The position numbers and the translations under genes are program-made. The notes under the pieces were generated by a model. That model was given only the letters and a program-made list of their open reading frames with translations, made no database searches and was not told the DNA's origin. 64,000 bases of DNA, taken from the NCBI GenBank assembly GCA_964486505.1, contig CAZAMC010000002.1, positions 1,656 through 65,655 on the forward strand, read 5' to 3'. The DNA comes from an uncultured Gammaproteobacteria bacterium. Lineage in GTDB: Bacteria; Patescibacteriota; Patescibacteriia; PEXW01. Shown in pieces: positions 55,113 to 64,000 of the stretch (position 1 is the stretch's first letter; each line of letters starts with the position of its first letter).

Positions 55113-56933
55113 TCAAGGGACCCACTTCCAGGTGCGGTCCGTTTCCACGTACCACTCGGCAACGTTCATGAAGCGCTGTGTGGCCTCGATGAGCGTGGGC
55201 ACGCTCGTCGTGCGCAGGTTCGCCCGCTGCACAATGAGCGCGTAGCTTTGGTAGAGGAAAATTGCTGGCGCTTCGGCGGATAGGATTTTTGCGGCCGCTT
55301 GGTTCGCCGCTGCCCGCTTGTCCTCGGCGAGGTCGGGCTGACGGGCTTCGGTGAGCTTGGCATCCAGGTCTTTGCTGTAGAAGCTTGTCAGGTTTAAGCC
55401 GGGGTCAAAGCTCTGCGTGGAATGCCAGAACGGGTACAGGTCGTAGCTGGCGTCGTAGCGGTCGGAGTAGAGAATGGCGTCGAACTTCCGGTCTTTGATA
55501 ATGTCTTTGCCAATGACCGAGGGGTCAGCAACTTGCACGGTGACGTTGGCGCCAAGGCGCTTCCATTGGTCGGCAAGTGTGTTCGCCGCGGTCACGTATT
55601 CCGCCACGTCCGGTACCACGAGGGTGAAGGCGAGGGCCACGCCCTTCCGCTTGTACACATCACCTTCTTTTTTCCACTCGGCATCTTCCAAGAGCTTCGC
55701 CGCCGCCGTGAGGTCGGCACCCCGGGGGGTGGGTGCTTGCGCTGGGCCACCGGGCATACCGGGGAGCAGAGGGTCATTTGCTGCGGGCGCATCTGGCCGG
55801 GCTCGTTCAATGATCTGCGCTTGGTCGGTGGCGGCGCGGAGGGCCAGGCGCACCTCTTTGCGCTCCAGCAAACTGTTCTTCATGTTGAAGTACACCGCCA
55901 CGACTTGGGGCAAGGGGAGGATAGTTTCCGTAGTCCCGCGTAGCGAGCGAGCCTTGCTCATCAGGTCGGTGCCCACGAAGCGTGCGCCTTGCGCCTGCGA
56001 GCTGCTCACTGCTTCTAGGGCCGCGGCGGGGTCTTCCACGAAGCGCAGCTGCAACGTATTCAAATGTGTGGGGGTCGTGGCATCGGCGTAGCGCTCCAGG
56101 GTCATGCCGGTGACACTGCCCGTCTTCTCCTTTTTGCGCACTTCTTTGAACTTGAAGGGCCCGCTGCCAATGGGCTTCACATTGAAGTCCGAAGTGCTCA
56201 TGGCCGCCGCTGGGATCTCGGACCAGATGTGGGCGGGCAGGATGCCCATGGTCAGGAACATTTTGAAGCTGGGGTTTGCCTGTTCCAGCTTGTATATCAC
56301 GGTGCGGTCATCGGGGGTTTCTACGGTCACGTCCCGCGCGGCAGTGTACCGAGGGCTGGCCACGTTGGGGTCTTTCGCCAGCTCCACGGTAAACGCAATG
56401 TCACCGGCCGTGAGCGGCTCACCATCGTGCCAGTGGAGGTTTGGCTTCAGCGTCACGCGGAAGGTCTTGCCACCCTCCGTTGTCTCCACGTTTTCCGCTA
56501 GGTCATTCACGTACGTCCCGTCCGGTTGCAAGCGGAGTACGCCGTTGAAGAGCAGGGGCACCAGGCTGGTGTCGAGGTCGCTGCTGGCTAGAACCGGATT
56601 GATGAAGCGCGGTGCACCCACGACGGCCTCGGTGTAGTCGCCGCCAATGGCTGGTTCGGGAATCCAGTGCCGGTTAATGTACCGCGTCACCAGGAGGGCG
56701 GCCGACACGAACAGGACCAGGAGAGCCAAGCGGAAAACCCACCCTTCGCGTTTCCCGAGGTATCGGAAGAGGTAGCTGAACTGCGTCCAAGAGGGGATGC
56801 GCGAGTGGCTGAGGTGCTGCACCAAGGCCTGGTCGTGCTCAGCCGAAATGGCCGGCGCTGGGGGTGACCGTCGGGTAGCGCGGGCGACGAGTTGACGACC
56901 GCGAGCGAGGACAGACGAGAATGGATTGCGCAC
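55113..56933 (-). CDS. ABC transporter substrate-binding protein, family 5 (oligopeptide/dipeptide-type), membrane-anchored
   Basis: N-terminal TM, then SBP_bac_5-like core (LVPLLFNGVLRLQPDGTYVNDLAE..TFRVTLKPNLHWHDGEPLTAGDIAFT). Confidence 0.8.
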   Translation of the reverse strand: MRNPFSSVLARGRQLVARATRRSPPAPAISAEHDQALVQHLSHSRIPSWTQFSYLFRYLGKREGWVFRLALLVLFVSAALLVTRYINRHWIPEPAIGGDYTEAVVGAPRFINPVLASSDLDTSLVPLLFNGVLRLQPDGTYVNDLAENVETTEGGKTFRVTLKPNLHWHDGEPLTAGDIAFTVELAKDPNVASPRYTAARDVTVETPDDRTVIYKLEQANPSFKMFLTMGILPAHIWSEIPAAAMSTSDFNVKPIGSGPFKFKEVRKKEKTGSVTGMTLERYADATTPTHLNTLQLRFVEDPAAALEAVSSSQAQGARFVGTDLMSKARSLRGTTETILPLPQVVAVYFNMKNSLLERKEVRLALRAATDQAQIIERARPDAPAANDPLLPGMPGGPAQAPTPRGADLTAAAKLLEDAEWKKEGDVYKRKGVALAFTLVVPDVAEYVTAANTLADQWKRLGANVTVQVADPSVIGKDIIKDRKFDAILYSDRYDASYDLYPFWHSTQSFDPGLNLTSFYSKDLDAKLTEARQPDLAEDKRAAANQAAAKILSAEAPAIFLYQSYALIVQRANLRTTSVPTLIEATQRFMNVAEWYVETDRTWKWVP

Positions 56934-56939
56934 GGATGT

Positions 56940-57176
56940 TTAGGTCGTCTGCGTACCAAGGATCAGGGTCGTCGCGGCGGCGCCAGCGAAGATGATACCC
57001 AGGGCGATAGTAGAAATGAAGAGCACACGTTCGGCGCCGCGCTTGGTGCGATAGACATTCCCCTCACCGCCGAAGACCGCCCCTAAGCCCGCGCCCTTGG
57101 CTTGCAGGAGTACGGTGACCGTGAGGAGGGCAGCGCTGGTGATTTCGACAATCGCAAGAATTCTTTGCCAGTTCAT
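56940..57176 (-). CDS. secG: preprotein translocase subunit SecG
   Basis: 78 aa, two TM segments, LLQAKGAGLGAVFGGEG signature. Confidence 0.75.
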   Translation of the reverse strand: MNWQRILAIVEITSAALLTVTVLLQAKGAGLGAVFGGEGNVYRTKRGAERVLFISTIALGIIFAGAAATTLILGTQTT

Positions 57177-57254
57177 ACGTGGGTCGAAGCGTACAACGTT
57201 GGTTGTCGTTTGTCAAGCCTGAGAGTTCTTGTCATACTGGGCGTACCTTAACCT

Positions 57255-58064
57255 ATGACTACACGTCACCCCTCTGGCTTCTCAGTTGTACTCGGGGTTA
57301 TTATTGCCCTCGTTGTGGTTGCCGGTGCTGTGGTGGGGATCTTTGCGTACGGCTCCCGCAGCCAACCCGCCGCCTCCCCGGTGAATCAAACCACAAGTGT
57401 GAGTGACAGCGTGGTGAAGTTGGACTGCAGCCAGGATACCGAGTGCGCCGCGTACTGCGGGTTGGATAGCTGCTACACGGCACTCTGCGACGCGACCAAG
57501 CACTGCTCCTGTAACTACACCTGCGAACCCGTACCCGCTGGAGACACCAACACGTCTACAGACATCACCACGTTTGCGCAGTGCGCCGCGGCGGGTAACC
57601 CGGTGCAGGAGAGTTACCCGCGGAAGTGCACGGCCGGTGGGGTGACCTTTACCGAAGTGCTGACGAACAGCAACGGGAATGTGAACTCTGCCGCGAACAC
57701 GAACCAAAGTACGAATGCGAATGTGAGCACCGCCGGCTGGAAGACATACACGAATACCGAACTCGGTTTCAGTTTGAAATTTCCCTCGACATGGGATGGG
57801 TATACAACTGGTCAAGTAGTGAATAACACTATTAAGTTTACTCATCCAAAAAAGGAAAGCACTAAAGGAAATCCTGGAGAAGTAAGCTTTATTGTTGTTC
57901 GACTGACTAAGGGTCTTGTAATACCCACGGGCTCAACTCTCATTAAAGAGAACGAGTCGTATAAGTTTGTTTACAGTCGGAGTAACGCCGCTGCTCCAGA
58001 TGAAATGAATGATCTGTGGGAGCAGATTGATGATATTATTTCCACCTTCACCTTCACGGAGTAG
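57255..58064 (+). CDS. membrane-anchored Cys-rich hypothetical protein
   Basis: TM VVLGVIIALVVVAGAVVGIF; Cys-rich block LDCSQDTECAAYCGLDSCYTALCDATKHCSCNYTCEP; GC drops in the 3' third. Confidence 0.5.
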   Translation: MTTRHPSGFSVVLGVIIALVVVAGAVVGIFAYGSRSQPAASPVNQTTSVSDSVVKLDCSQDTECAAYCGLDSCYTALCDATKHCSCNYTCEPVPAGDTNTSTDITTFAQCAAAGNPVQESYPRKCTAGGVTFTEVLTNSNGNVNSAANTNQSTNANVSTAGWKTYTNTELGFSLKFPSTWDGYTTGQVVNNTIKFTHPKKESTKGNPGEVSFIVVRLTKGLVIPTGSTLIKENESYKFVYSRSNAAAPDEMNDLWEQIDDIISTFTFTE

Positions 58065-58143
58065 GGGAGGCACGCTGTAAGGAAGCTGAAGAAAAGAGTA
58101 AACTTCTCTCTAGGAGTGCTACTTCGTTTTCACCTACGTTGGC

Positions 58144-59904
58144 ATGAAAAAACCTCAAGGCGTTATTGCCGTTCCAGTGCTCATCATTGCAGTGGTTATT
58201 GCCGGTTTACTTGCTGGTGGGTCGTGGTGGTATGTCAAACACCAGAATGTAAATACCACGATTACCAATAATGCGGCTGCAAATACTAACCAAACTACCG
58301 GTGAGGCCATTACCATCAATACCAACGGTAGCACCAACATGAACGCACAAGCACGTGAAGATTCTTATGGCAATGTACAGCTCGTTGGGGGGAAAAAGAT
58401 AGGATCAGGTATGTTGAATTTTGGCGTGCCATGGAATAGCACGAGTCAGTATCTAGTATTCTCAAAATTTGGCCCAGATACCGACTTCGGACTACCTTCG
58501 TACAATCAGTTCTCATTCTACGATACCTCTTCTGATTCACTACTACCCACATCGCTGCAGGGACATATTCTCACATATCCGTTCTGGCGAGACACACAGA
58601 CACTAGTTGTCGAAAAGCAACTGGTGCATTTGCAAGATGAGAACGCTACGATCACTCCGTATACGCTTGTTTTGCCATCTGGATATGAGGCGTTCACGAA
58701 TGCAAGCGCCACCTGGTCCGATTCGCAGTACGGTGACGAACCAAAGTTCGGCTCTGCAACGAAGCTCGCTCTTTCGCCTGACCAAGGTACCTTAGCGTAC
58801 ATCCGTCCCTCGACACTCGATGATTCGCCTGGGAATGTTGTTTTTACCATATCCCGCAATGCAAAGAGCATTGCGGAAGCACGCCAGTACGAAGATGTGG
58901 GGTTTGGTGTGGAGAGCTCCACGCCAAATCTCGTATGGTTCAACAACCGTCTCGTATACTCTCCCGAAACCGGCCTGGTCGTGGATGCTCAAACGCAAAA
59001 GGTTGTCCTGAGTAGGCGCACGAATTACGAACGTCGCGTTTCTATGCTATCACCGGACGCAAAGTACGTTCTTGTCGTCGATAATGAGCAGGATCGGGTA
59101 GAGCAGAATGACTACCTGCATGAGCACATGCGTTTTTACGTACGCAACATTGCAACGGGGAAAGACGTGGTTATTCGTGAATTGTCCTCAGCGAAAGCGA
59201 GTGATGTAGTAGTCCATGCCACGTGGGCGCCCGACAGTCAGCACTTCGTGTATAGCTTTAGCAATGGGCTTTTCCTCTCCGATGTGAATGGGGGGACAAG
59301 TTCGGACCTAACGAACAGCGTGCAACAGTATGGCACGCTTGCCTGGTCACCGAATGGTGCGTGGCTTGCTGTACAAATTGGTGAGGATATTTGGTTGTAT
59401 AGTATTGCGCCTAAGGAGATAACCGCGGGCTGGAAGAAGTATAATTCAAGGACATCCTCGTACAAGATTTTTAATGATTTGCGACCGTCATTCACGGTAA
59501 AGTACGATGCAAATTGGCAAATTGACGAAGAGCTAGGGGGTTTATACTTGAGCGAGAATGGGGCTGCGAACCTTGAACCTCAAATCAGCATCTCCTTCAA
59601 TGGTGCCGCGCTTACTGGCAATATCGTTCAAGCGTGTAAAGAAAAAAATGGTTGGTCATCACCAAGCGTAAAAATTCCTGCTTTTGTAAAATTCGATTCA
59701 GAAAGGACGATAAATATTTACGGAGAAAAAGGTGTTATGGTTAGTTACCATACTGAATCTGATAATAATCAAGTATTTTCTCGAACAATCGTGTGTGCAA
59801 ATTATAGTGGGAAATCTTTAGTAGTATGGGCGACCCCAACCGACTCAACCTTCGTAAAGGTTAATTTAATCCCGGTTCTTGAATCTATTACTTTTACGCA
59901 GTAG
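58144..59904 (+). CDS. membrane-anchored protein with PD40/WD40-like beta-propeller repeats; lower GC
   Basis: TM at N-terminus; repeats LSPDAKYVLVV, ATWAPDSQHFVYS, LAWSPNGAWLAV reminiscent of TolB/PD40 blades. Confidence 0.5.
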   Translation: MKKPQGVIAVPVLIIAVVIAGLLAGGSWWYVKHQNVNTTITNNAAANTNQTTGEAITINTNGSTNMNAQAREDSYGNVQLVGGKKIGSGMLNFGVPWNSTSQYLVFSKFGPDTDFGLPSYNQFSFYDTSSDSLLPTSLQGHILTYPFWRDTQTLVVEKQLVHLQDENATITPYTLVLPSGYEAFTNASATWSDSQYGDEPKFGSATKLALSPDQGTLAYIRPSTLDDSPGNVVFTISRNAKSIAEARQYEDVGFGVESSTPNLVWFNNRLVYSPETGLVVDAQTQKVVLSRRTNYERRVSMLSPDAKYVLVVDNEQDRVEQNDYLHEHMRFYVRNIATGKDVVIRELSSAKASDVVVHATWAPDSQHFVYSFSNGLFLSDVNGGTSSDLTNSVQQYGTLAWSPNGAWLAVQIGEDIWLYSIAPKEITAGWKKYNSRTSSYKIFNDLRPSFTVKYDANWQIDEELGGLYLSENGAANLEPQISISFNGAALTGNIVQACKEKNGWSSPSVKIPAFVKFDSERTINIYGEKGVMVSYHTESDNNQVFSRTIVCANYSGKSLVVWATPTDSTFVKVNLIPVLESITFTQ

Positions 59905-60031
59905 TCTTCCTTCGTTTAGCGTGGAGCCGAACGACCTGGAACACCCGCTTGCCCTGGACAGCCATCTTGGGCTTCTTCTTTTTCTCTCGCCGTTTTACCT
60001 TTAACTCAAGTTTACGTTCAAGGTCGGTCAT
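59894..60031 (-). CDS. possible 45-aa very basic peptide (MTDLERKLELKVKRREKKKKPKMAVQGKRVFQVVRLHAKRRKTTA) whose ATG overlaps the uvrC stop (ATGA)
   Basis: Hand-translated; below the ORF-track length cutoff; could be spurious. Confidence 0.2.
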   Translation of the reverse strand: MTDLERKLELKVKRREKKKKPKMAVQGKRVFQVVRLHAKRRKTTA

Positions 60032-61875
60032 AAGTTTGTCATGAGCTTCTCGGCCAGCTTTGGCCCGACGACCTTAGCAACATCCGCTTCGGTCGCTTGG
60101 CGGATCTTTGCAACTGAGCCAAACGCTTTCAGGAGTTTCTTCTTTAACATTGGGCCAACACCGGGAATGGCATCCAGCGCCGAGCCGATGCTGGCTTTTC
60201 GATGCTTGCCGCGGTAGCCGGCAATGGTGAAGCGGTGCGCTTCGTCGCGGATGCGCTCGATGAGGAAGAGCCCGTCCGATGGGTTCGGTAACTTCTTCGG
60301 TGGCTGGTTGAGCCGGAAGATTCTTTCTCGGTCGCCTTGCTGCGGTTCGTGGGCGTGGCCAGCTTTTGCCAAAGCGACAATTGGGATTTCAATTTTTCCC
60401 AAGGCGCGGGTGACGACGCCGAGTTGCCCGGCGCCACCGTCGAGAATAATCAAATCAGGCAAAGGCCATGCGCCGGCAGGATTGCCACGCCCCTCGCTGT
60501 GCTCGGAGCTCGCAATGACAGAAGGAACGTGGGCGTAGCGGCGCGTCAGCATTTCCGCCATCATCGCCGGGTCATTAGCGCCCTTCACCGTCTTGATGGT
60601 GAAGCGCCGGTACCACTTCTTCTCGGGCCGGCCATTCACAAACGTCACCATGCTGCCCGTGGCATGCGCGCCCTGCACGTTGGCCACGTCGAACGCCTCG
60701 ATGCGCTTCGGTGGATTTTCCAAATCCAGCGCGCTGGCAAGCTCGCGCAGGCCCTTGAGCAAGCGCACGTCATCTTTCTCAAAGCTCGCCTTCTGCTGGC
60801 GCAGGAATTCCGCCGCATTCAGTTCGCTTACCTTCATGAGCTTTTTCAGGCGGCCGCGTTGCGGGATGAACGTGTCGGCGTCCACGGCCGTGTGGAACGC
60901 CGGGGACAGGGTGAGGCCGAACGGCAAGGCAATTTTTTCGGGTGGGTCGGTTACCTGGCTGTAAAATTGTTCCACGAAGCTCGCCAGCACCGCATTCGGC
61001 TGTTCATCCCGAACGTGTTGCAGGAGGAACGTTTGCCGGTCCAGAATTTTTCCATTGCGGATGACCAGCCGGTTCACGCTGGCCAAACTCCCGTGGGTGG
61101 CGTAGCCAATGCAATCCACATTCACAGCCGCTGGCAGGATGGCACTCTGCTGCTGCATGAGCTTATTGATGGCGAACACGCGGTCACGCGCCACGGCCGC
61201 TTTCTCAAATTGGCGCTTCACGCTCGCCGCTTTCATTTGCTTCTCTAATTCCTTCCGCACCGCCTTCGTGTCCCCACGCAGGAAGTGCATGAGGTCGTTG
61301 ATAATCTTCCGGTACCGCTCTTTGCTCGCTTCATCGGCGCCATGGCCCAGGCAGCGGTGCAGGTGGTACTCGAAGCATGGCTTGTCGGGCGGGTTGCTAC
61401 AGTTTTTGTAGGGGAATATTTTCTTGAGCAGCTTGAGCGTGGCGTATACCGCCCCTGCTGACACGTACGGGCCGAAGTAGCGGGAACCGTCTTTGGTCAA
61501 CCTGCGTACCGTGGTTACCGAGGGGTAGTCTTCTTTGAGCGCGACTTTGATGTACAAAAAGTTCTTGTCATCCCGCATGACAATGTTGTACGGCGGGTGC
61601 AATGATTTTATCCGCGTGGTTTCGAGCATCAACGCTTCGAGGGGGCTACTTGCAACAATGGTTTCTACGCGCGCAATTTTGCTCACCATGATGACCTTCG
61701 CCGGCGAGAGGCTGTTGCCCTTGGTGAAGTACGATGACACGCGGGACTTAAGGCTCGTCGCCTTGCCCACGTACAGCACCTCACCTTTCGCGTCGAAGAA
61801 GGTGTAGACACCCGGCTTGGTCGGTAGGGTCTGCAGTTGGCGGCGGAGCGTAGGGGACATAAATGGAGTATACAT
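60028..61875 (-). CDS. uvrC: excinuclease ABC subunit C
   Basis: GIY-YIG N-terminus (PGVYTFFDAKGEVLYVGKATSLKSRVSSYF), UvrBC-interaction region, RNase H-like and HhH C-terminus. Confidence 0.9.
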   Translation of the reverse strand: MYTPFMSPTLRRQLQTLPTKPGVYTFFDAKGEVLYVGKATSLKSRVSSYFTKGNSLSPAKVIMVSKIARVETIVASSPLEALMLETTRIKSLHPPYNIVMRDDKNFLYIKVALKEDYPSVTTVRRLTKDGSRYFGPYVSAGAVYATLKLLKKIFPYKNCSNPPDKPCFEYHLHRCLGHGADEASKERYRKIINDLMHFLRGDTKAVRKELEKQMKAASVKRQFEKAAVARDRVFAINKLMQQQSAILPAAVNVDCIGYATHGSLASVNRLVIRNGKILDRQTFLLQHVRDEQPNAVLASFVEQFYSQVTDPPEKIALPFGLTLSPAFHTAVDADTFIPQRGRLKKLMKVSELNAAEFLRQQKASFEKDDVRLLKGLRELASALDLENPPKRIEAFDVANVQGAHATGSMVTFVNGRPEKKWYRRFTIKTVKGANDPAMMAEMLTRRYAHVPSVIASSEHSEGRGNPAGAWPLPDLIILDGGAGQLGVVTRALGKIEIPIVALAKAGHAHEPQQGDRERIFRLNQPPKKLPNPSDGLFLIERIRDEAHRFTIAGYRGKHRKASIGSALDAIPGVGPMLKKKLLKAFGSVAKIRQATEADVAKVVGPKLAEKLMTNL

Positions 61876-62010
61876 TTTCTACTGTCGCAACGAAGGAGGA
61901 GGATAACGCTTGCCGTGTTCGCCGACTGCAGCCTGCCCCGCGAAGCGTGAGCCGCGACCCATGGGAAGCGTCCGGTGCCCCTAGGGTTTCCCCTCACGAC
62001 GCGCTAGCCC

Positions 62011-62039
62011 TTGACCGGTATTGACACGAGTGCTAGACT
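62011..62039 (+). promoter_or_regulatory. promoter TTGACC-N17-TAGACT for uvrA in the uvrC/uvrA divergent spacer
   Basis: Seen directly; about 27-nt leader without SD. Confidence 0.5.
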
Positions 62040-62072
62040 GTCCGCACTCTATTGCCTGATTTTTTGGCGACC

Positions 62073-64000
62073 ATGGCCGAGGTGATAAAAATTCGCGGTG
62101 CACGGGTGCATAACCTGAAGAACGTCTCCCTGGATATCCCCCGGAATGCCTTTGTGGTTTTCACGGGCCTTTCAGGTTCGGGGAAGTCCAGTTTAGCGTT
62201 CGACACCATTTACGCCGAAGGCCAACGCCGGTACGTAGAATCCCTCTCGGCCTACGCCCGCCAGTTCTTGGGGCTCATGGACAAGCCGGACGTGGACCAA
62301 ATTGATGGTCTCTCCCCAGCCATTGCCATTGACCAGAAGTCGGTGAGCCACAACCCGCGCTCCACCGTGGGCACGGTGACGGAAATCTACGACTACCTGC
62401 GCTTACTCTACGCTCGCACCGGTACGCCGCACTGTCCCGTTTGCGGCCGCGAAGTGCAGCGCCAAACCACAGAGCAAATTCGCAAGCAAATCCTCACCTG
62501 GCCCGCGAATACCCCCATCCTCGTCCTGGCGCCGAAGGTGCGGGACATGAAAGGGGAACACAAGCACGTTTTCGCCGAAGTTCGGAAAGCCGGCTACGTG
62601 CGCGTACGTCTGGACGGGATTGTCACGCCGCTGGATGAAGCCGAACGTCTGGAGCTGGAGAAGCAGAAGAAGCACAGCATTGAAGTGGTTATTGATCGGC
62701 TGACGCTGGGGCCGGAACTGGACAAGCAGCGCCTCAGCGAATCACTGGAGGCCGCGAACCGGATTGGCAAAGGCCTAATTATCATTAGTCGCGTGACCCC
62801 GGAGGGGAAGAAAATAACCGATACGCTGTTTAGCCTGCAGTACGCGTGTGCGCACGATGGCACCAGTTTGCCGCCCATTGAGCCGCGCAACTTCTCGTTC
62901 AACAACCCCCACGGCGCCTGCCCAGATTGCACAGGTTTGGGTACGAAGTTGGAAATTGATCCGGAACTCGTCATCCCGAACCCGAAGCTCTCGGTTGCCG
63001 AGGGCGCCATCCGGCCGTGGTCACGCAGCGCCTCGAACCAGACCTGGTACATGCGCGTGGTGGAAGCCGTGGCCCGAGACATGAAGTTTAGTTTACGCAC
63101 TCCTGTGAAAGACCTGCCGAAGAAAGCGGTGGACGCGATTTTACGCGGGACGGGGGACCGTGAGTACGATGTGAACAACAACACGGGTGCGGGCAAGGTA
63201 CGCGCATTCATGACCAGTTACGAAGGCGTGATTCCCAACCTCATGCGCCGGTACAAGGAAACCGACTCCGACTACATCCGCGCCGAAATTGAGCGGTACA
63301 TGCGCGTGTGGTCCTGTCCCACTTGCAAGGGCAAGCGTTTGAAGCCCGAAGTCCTGGGGGTGACGGTTGCGGGCAAGAGCATTGCCGACGTTACGGCGTT
63401 CACCGTGGAGAAGGCGAACGACTTCTTCAACCAACTCGCGAGGCCAAAAGCAATGACCGAGCGCGAGGCGACTATTGCCAAGCAAATTCTCAAAGAGATC
63501 CGGGCCCGCCTGGGCTTCTTGCAGAACGTGGGCTTGGACTACCTCACCTTAGACCGCGCCGCATCCACCCTCTCCGGCGGGGAATCGCAGCGTATAAGCT
63601 TGGCCACACAAATTGGGTCGTCCCTGGTGGGCGTGCTCTACATCCTGGACGAACCGTCCATTGGCTTGCACCAGCGGGATAATGCCAAGCTCATCCACAC
63701 GCTCAAGACCCTGCGCGATTTGGGCAACACGGTTCTCGTTGTGGAGCACGATGAAGAGACCATTCGGGAAGCTGACCACGTGGTGGACATTGGTCCCGGC
63801 GCGGGCGAGCACGGCGGCGTGGTGGTGGCCCAAGGGTCACCCAAGGAACTCGCCAAGAATCCCCGGTCGCTTACCGGCCAGTACTTGAGCGGGAAGAAAT
63901 TCATTGCCATACCCAAGCAGTCCCGTAAGGGGAACGGCAAGGCGCTCGTCATCAAGGGTGCCAAGGAGTTCAACCTGCAGAACCTCACGGTGAAGTTGCC
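62073..64000 (+). CDS. uvrA: excinuclease ABC subunit A, 5' partial (continues beyond window)
   Basis: Hand-translated: [67 protein letters not shown]; open to window end. Confidence 0.9.
   Translation, partial: MAEVIKIRGARVHNLKNVSLDIPRNAFVVFTGLSGSGKSSLAFDTIYAEGQRRYVESLSAYARQFLGLMDKPDVDQIDGLSPAIAIDQKSVSHNPRSTVGTVTEIYDYLRLLYARTGTPHCPVCGREVQRQTTEQIRKQILTWPANTPILVLAPKVRDMKGEHKHVFAEVRKAGYVRVRLDGIVTPLDEAERLELEKQKKHSIEVVIDRLTLGPELDKQRLSESLEAANRIGKGLIIISRVTPEGKKITDTLFSLQYACAHDGTSLPPIEPRNFSFNNPHGACPDCTGLGTKLEIDPELVIPNPKLSVAEGAIRPWSRSASNQTWYMRVVEAVARDMKFSLRTPVKDLPKKAVDAILRGTGDREYDVNNNTGAGKVRAFMTSYEGVIPNLMRRYKETDSDYIRAEIERYMRVWSCPTCKGKRLKPEVLGVTVAGKSIADVTAFTVEKANDFFNQLARPKAMTEREATIAKQILKEIRARLGFLQNVGLDYLTLDRAASTLSGGESQRISLATQIGSSLVGVLYILDEPSIGLHQRDNAKLIHTLKTLRDLGNTVLVVEHDEETIREADHVVDIGPGAGEHGGVVVAQGSPKELAKNPRSLTGQYLSGKKFIAIPKQSRKGNGKALVIKGAKEFNLQNLTVKL

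Noticed and set aside
55014-55283. 89-aa ORF on plus strand
   Set aside because: It overlaps the tRNA-Leu gene on the opposite strand and the 3' end of the SBP gene. It is an artefact.
60337-61248. 303-aa ORF antisense to uvrC; 43014..43676 antisense to glyA; 47873..48562 antisense to trpS; 44501..45133 antisense to pgm
   Set aside because: These are antisense artefacts inside confidently identified genes.

Overview
This 64-kb window is a gene-dense stretch of a high-GC (roughly 58-60% by eye) bacterial chromosome, and almost everything in it is housekeeping. It carries rpoB-rpoC, ftsK, a rodZ-like gene, recA, efp, rpsF-ssb-rpsR, a uvrD/pcrA helicase, rarA, a murE-like ligase, flavodoxin, prs, ychF, folD-folC, glyA, two phosphohexomutase paralogs, plsX, trpS, rnj, secG, an oligopeptide-type substrate-binding protein, uvrC and the 5' two-thirds of uvrA, plus tRNA-Arg(CCG) and tRNA-Leu(CAG). 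The gene content suggests a small-genome, possibly CPR/Patescibacteria-like, lineage: FemAB, DUF3048, DUF1003, DUF218, giant FN3/FG-GAP/CarbopepD-like surface proteins, and many genes with no Shine-Dalgarno or with a TATACT/TAGAAT -10 box a few nt from the start codon. That placement is inference only. I found no CRISPR array, no transposase or integrase, and no recognisable defence or toxin-antitoxin module. I do not see a clearly novel multi-gene system in this window. The candidates worth a second look are:
- tRNA-Arg is followed by a 21-nt duplicate of its own 3' end, a perfect 14-bp palindrome and a pair of 30-bp direct repeats around a long hairpin. This looks like an att-like scar or a small-RNA locus.
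- A near-consensus promoter, a hairpin and an intrinsic terminator make a roughly 95-nt unit ending 10 nt before a membrane-protein gene. This is a candidate sRNA or riboswitch-like leader.
- A 408-bp spacer between convergent capA-like and ychF has no credible ORF and may hold a structured ncRNA.
- Three lower-GC insertions: an HExxH membrane protein beside recA, a self-contained NlpC/P60 plus 138-aa cassette with its own promoters and terminators inside the folate/one-carbon cluster, and a roughly 2-kb block encoding a PD40-like beta-propeller protein.
- A MurE-like ligase that lacks most of the N-terminal UDP-binding domain.
All of these are hypotheses with stated tests.
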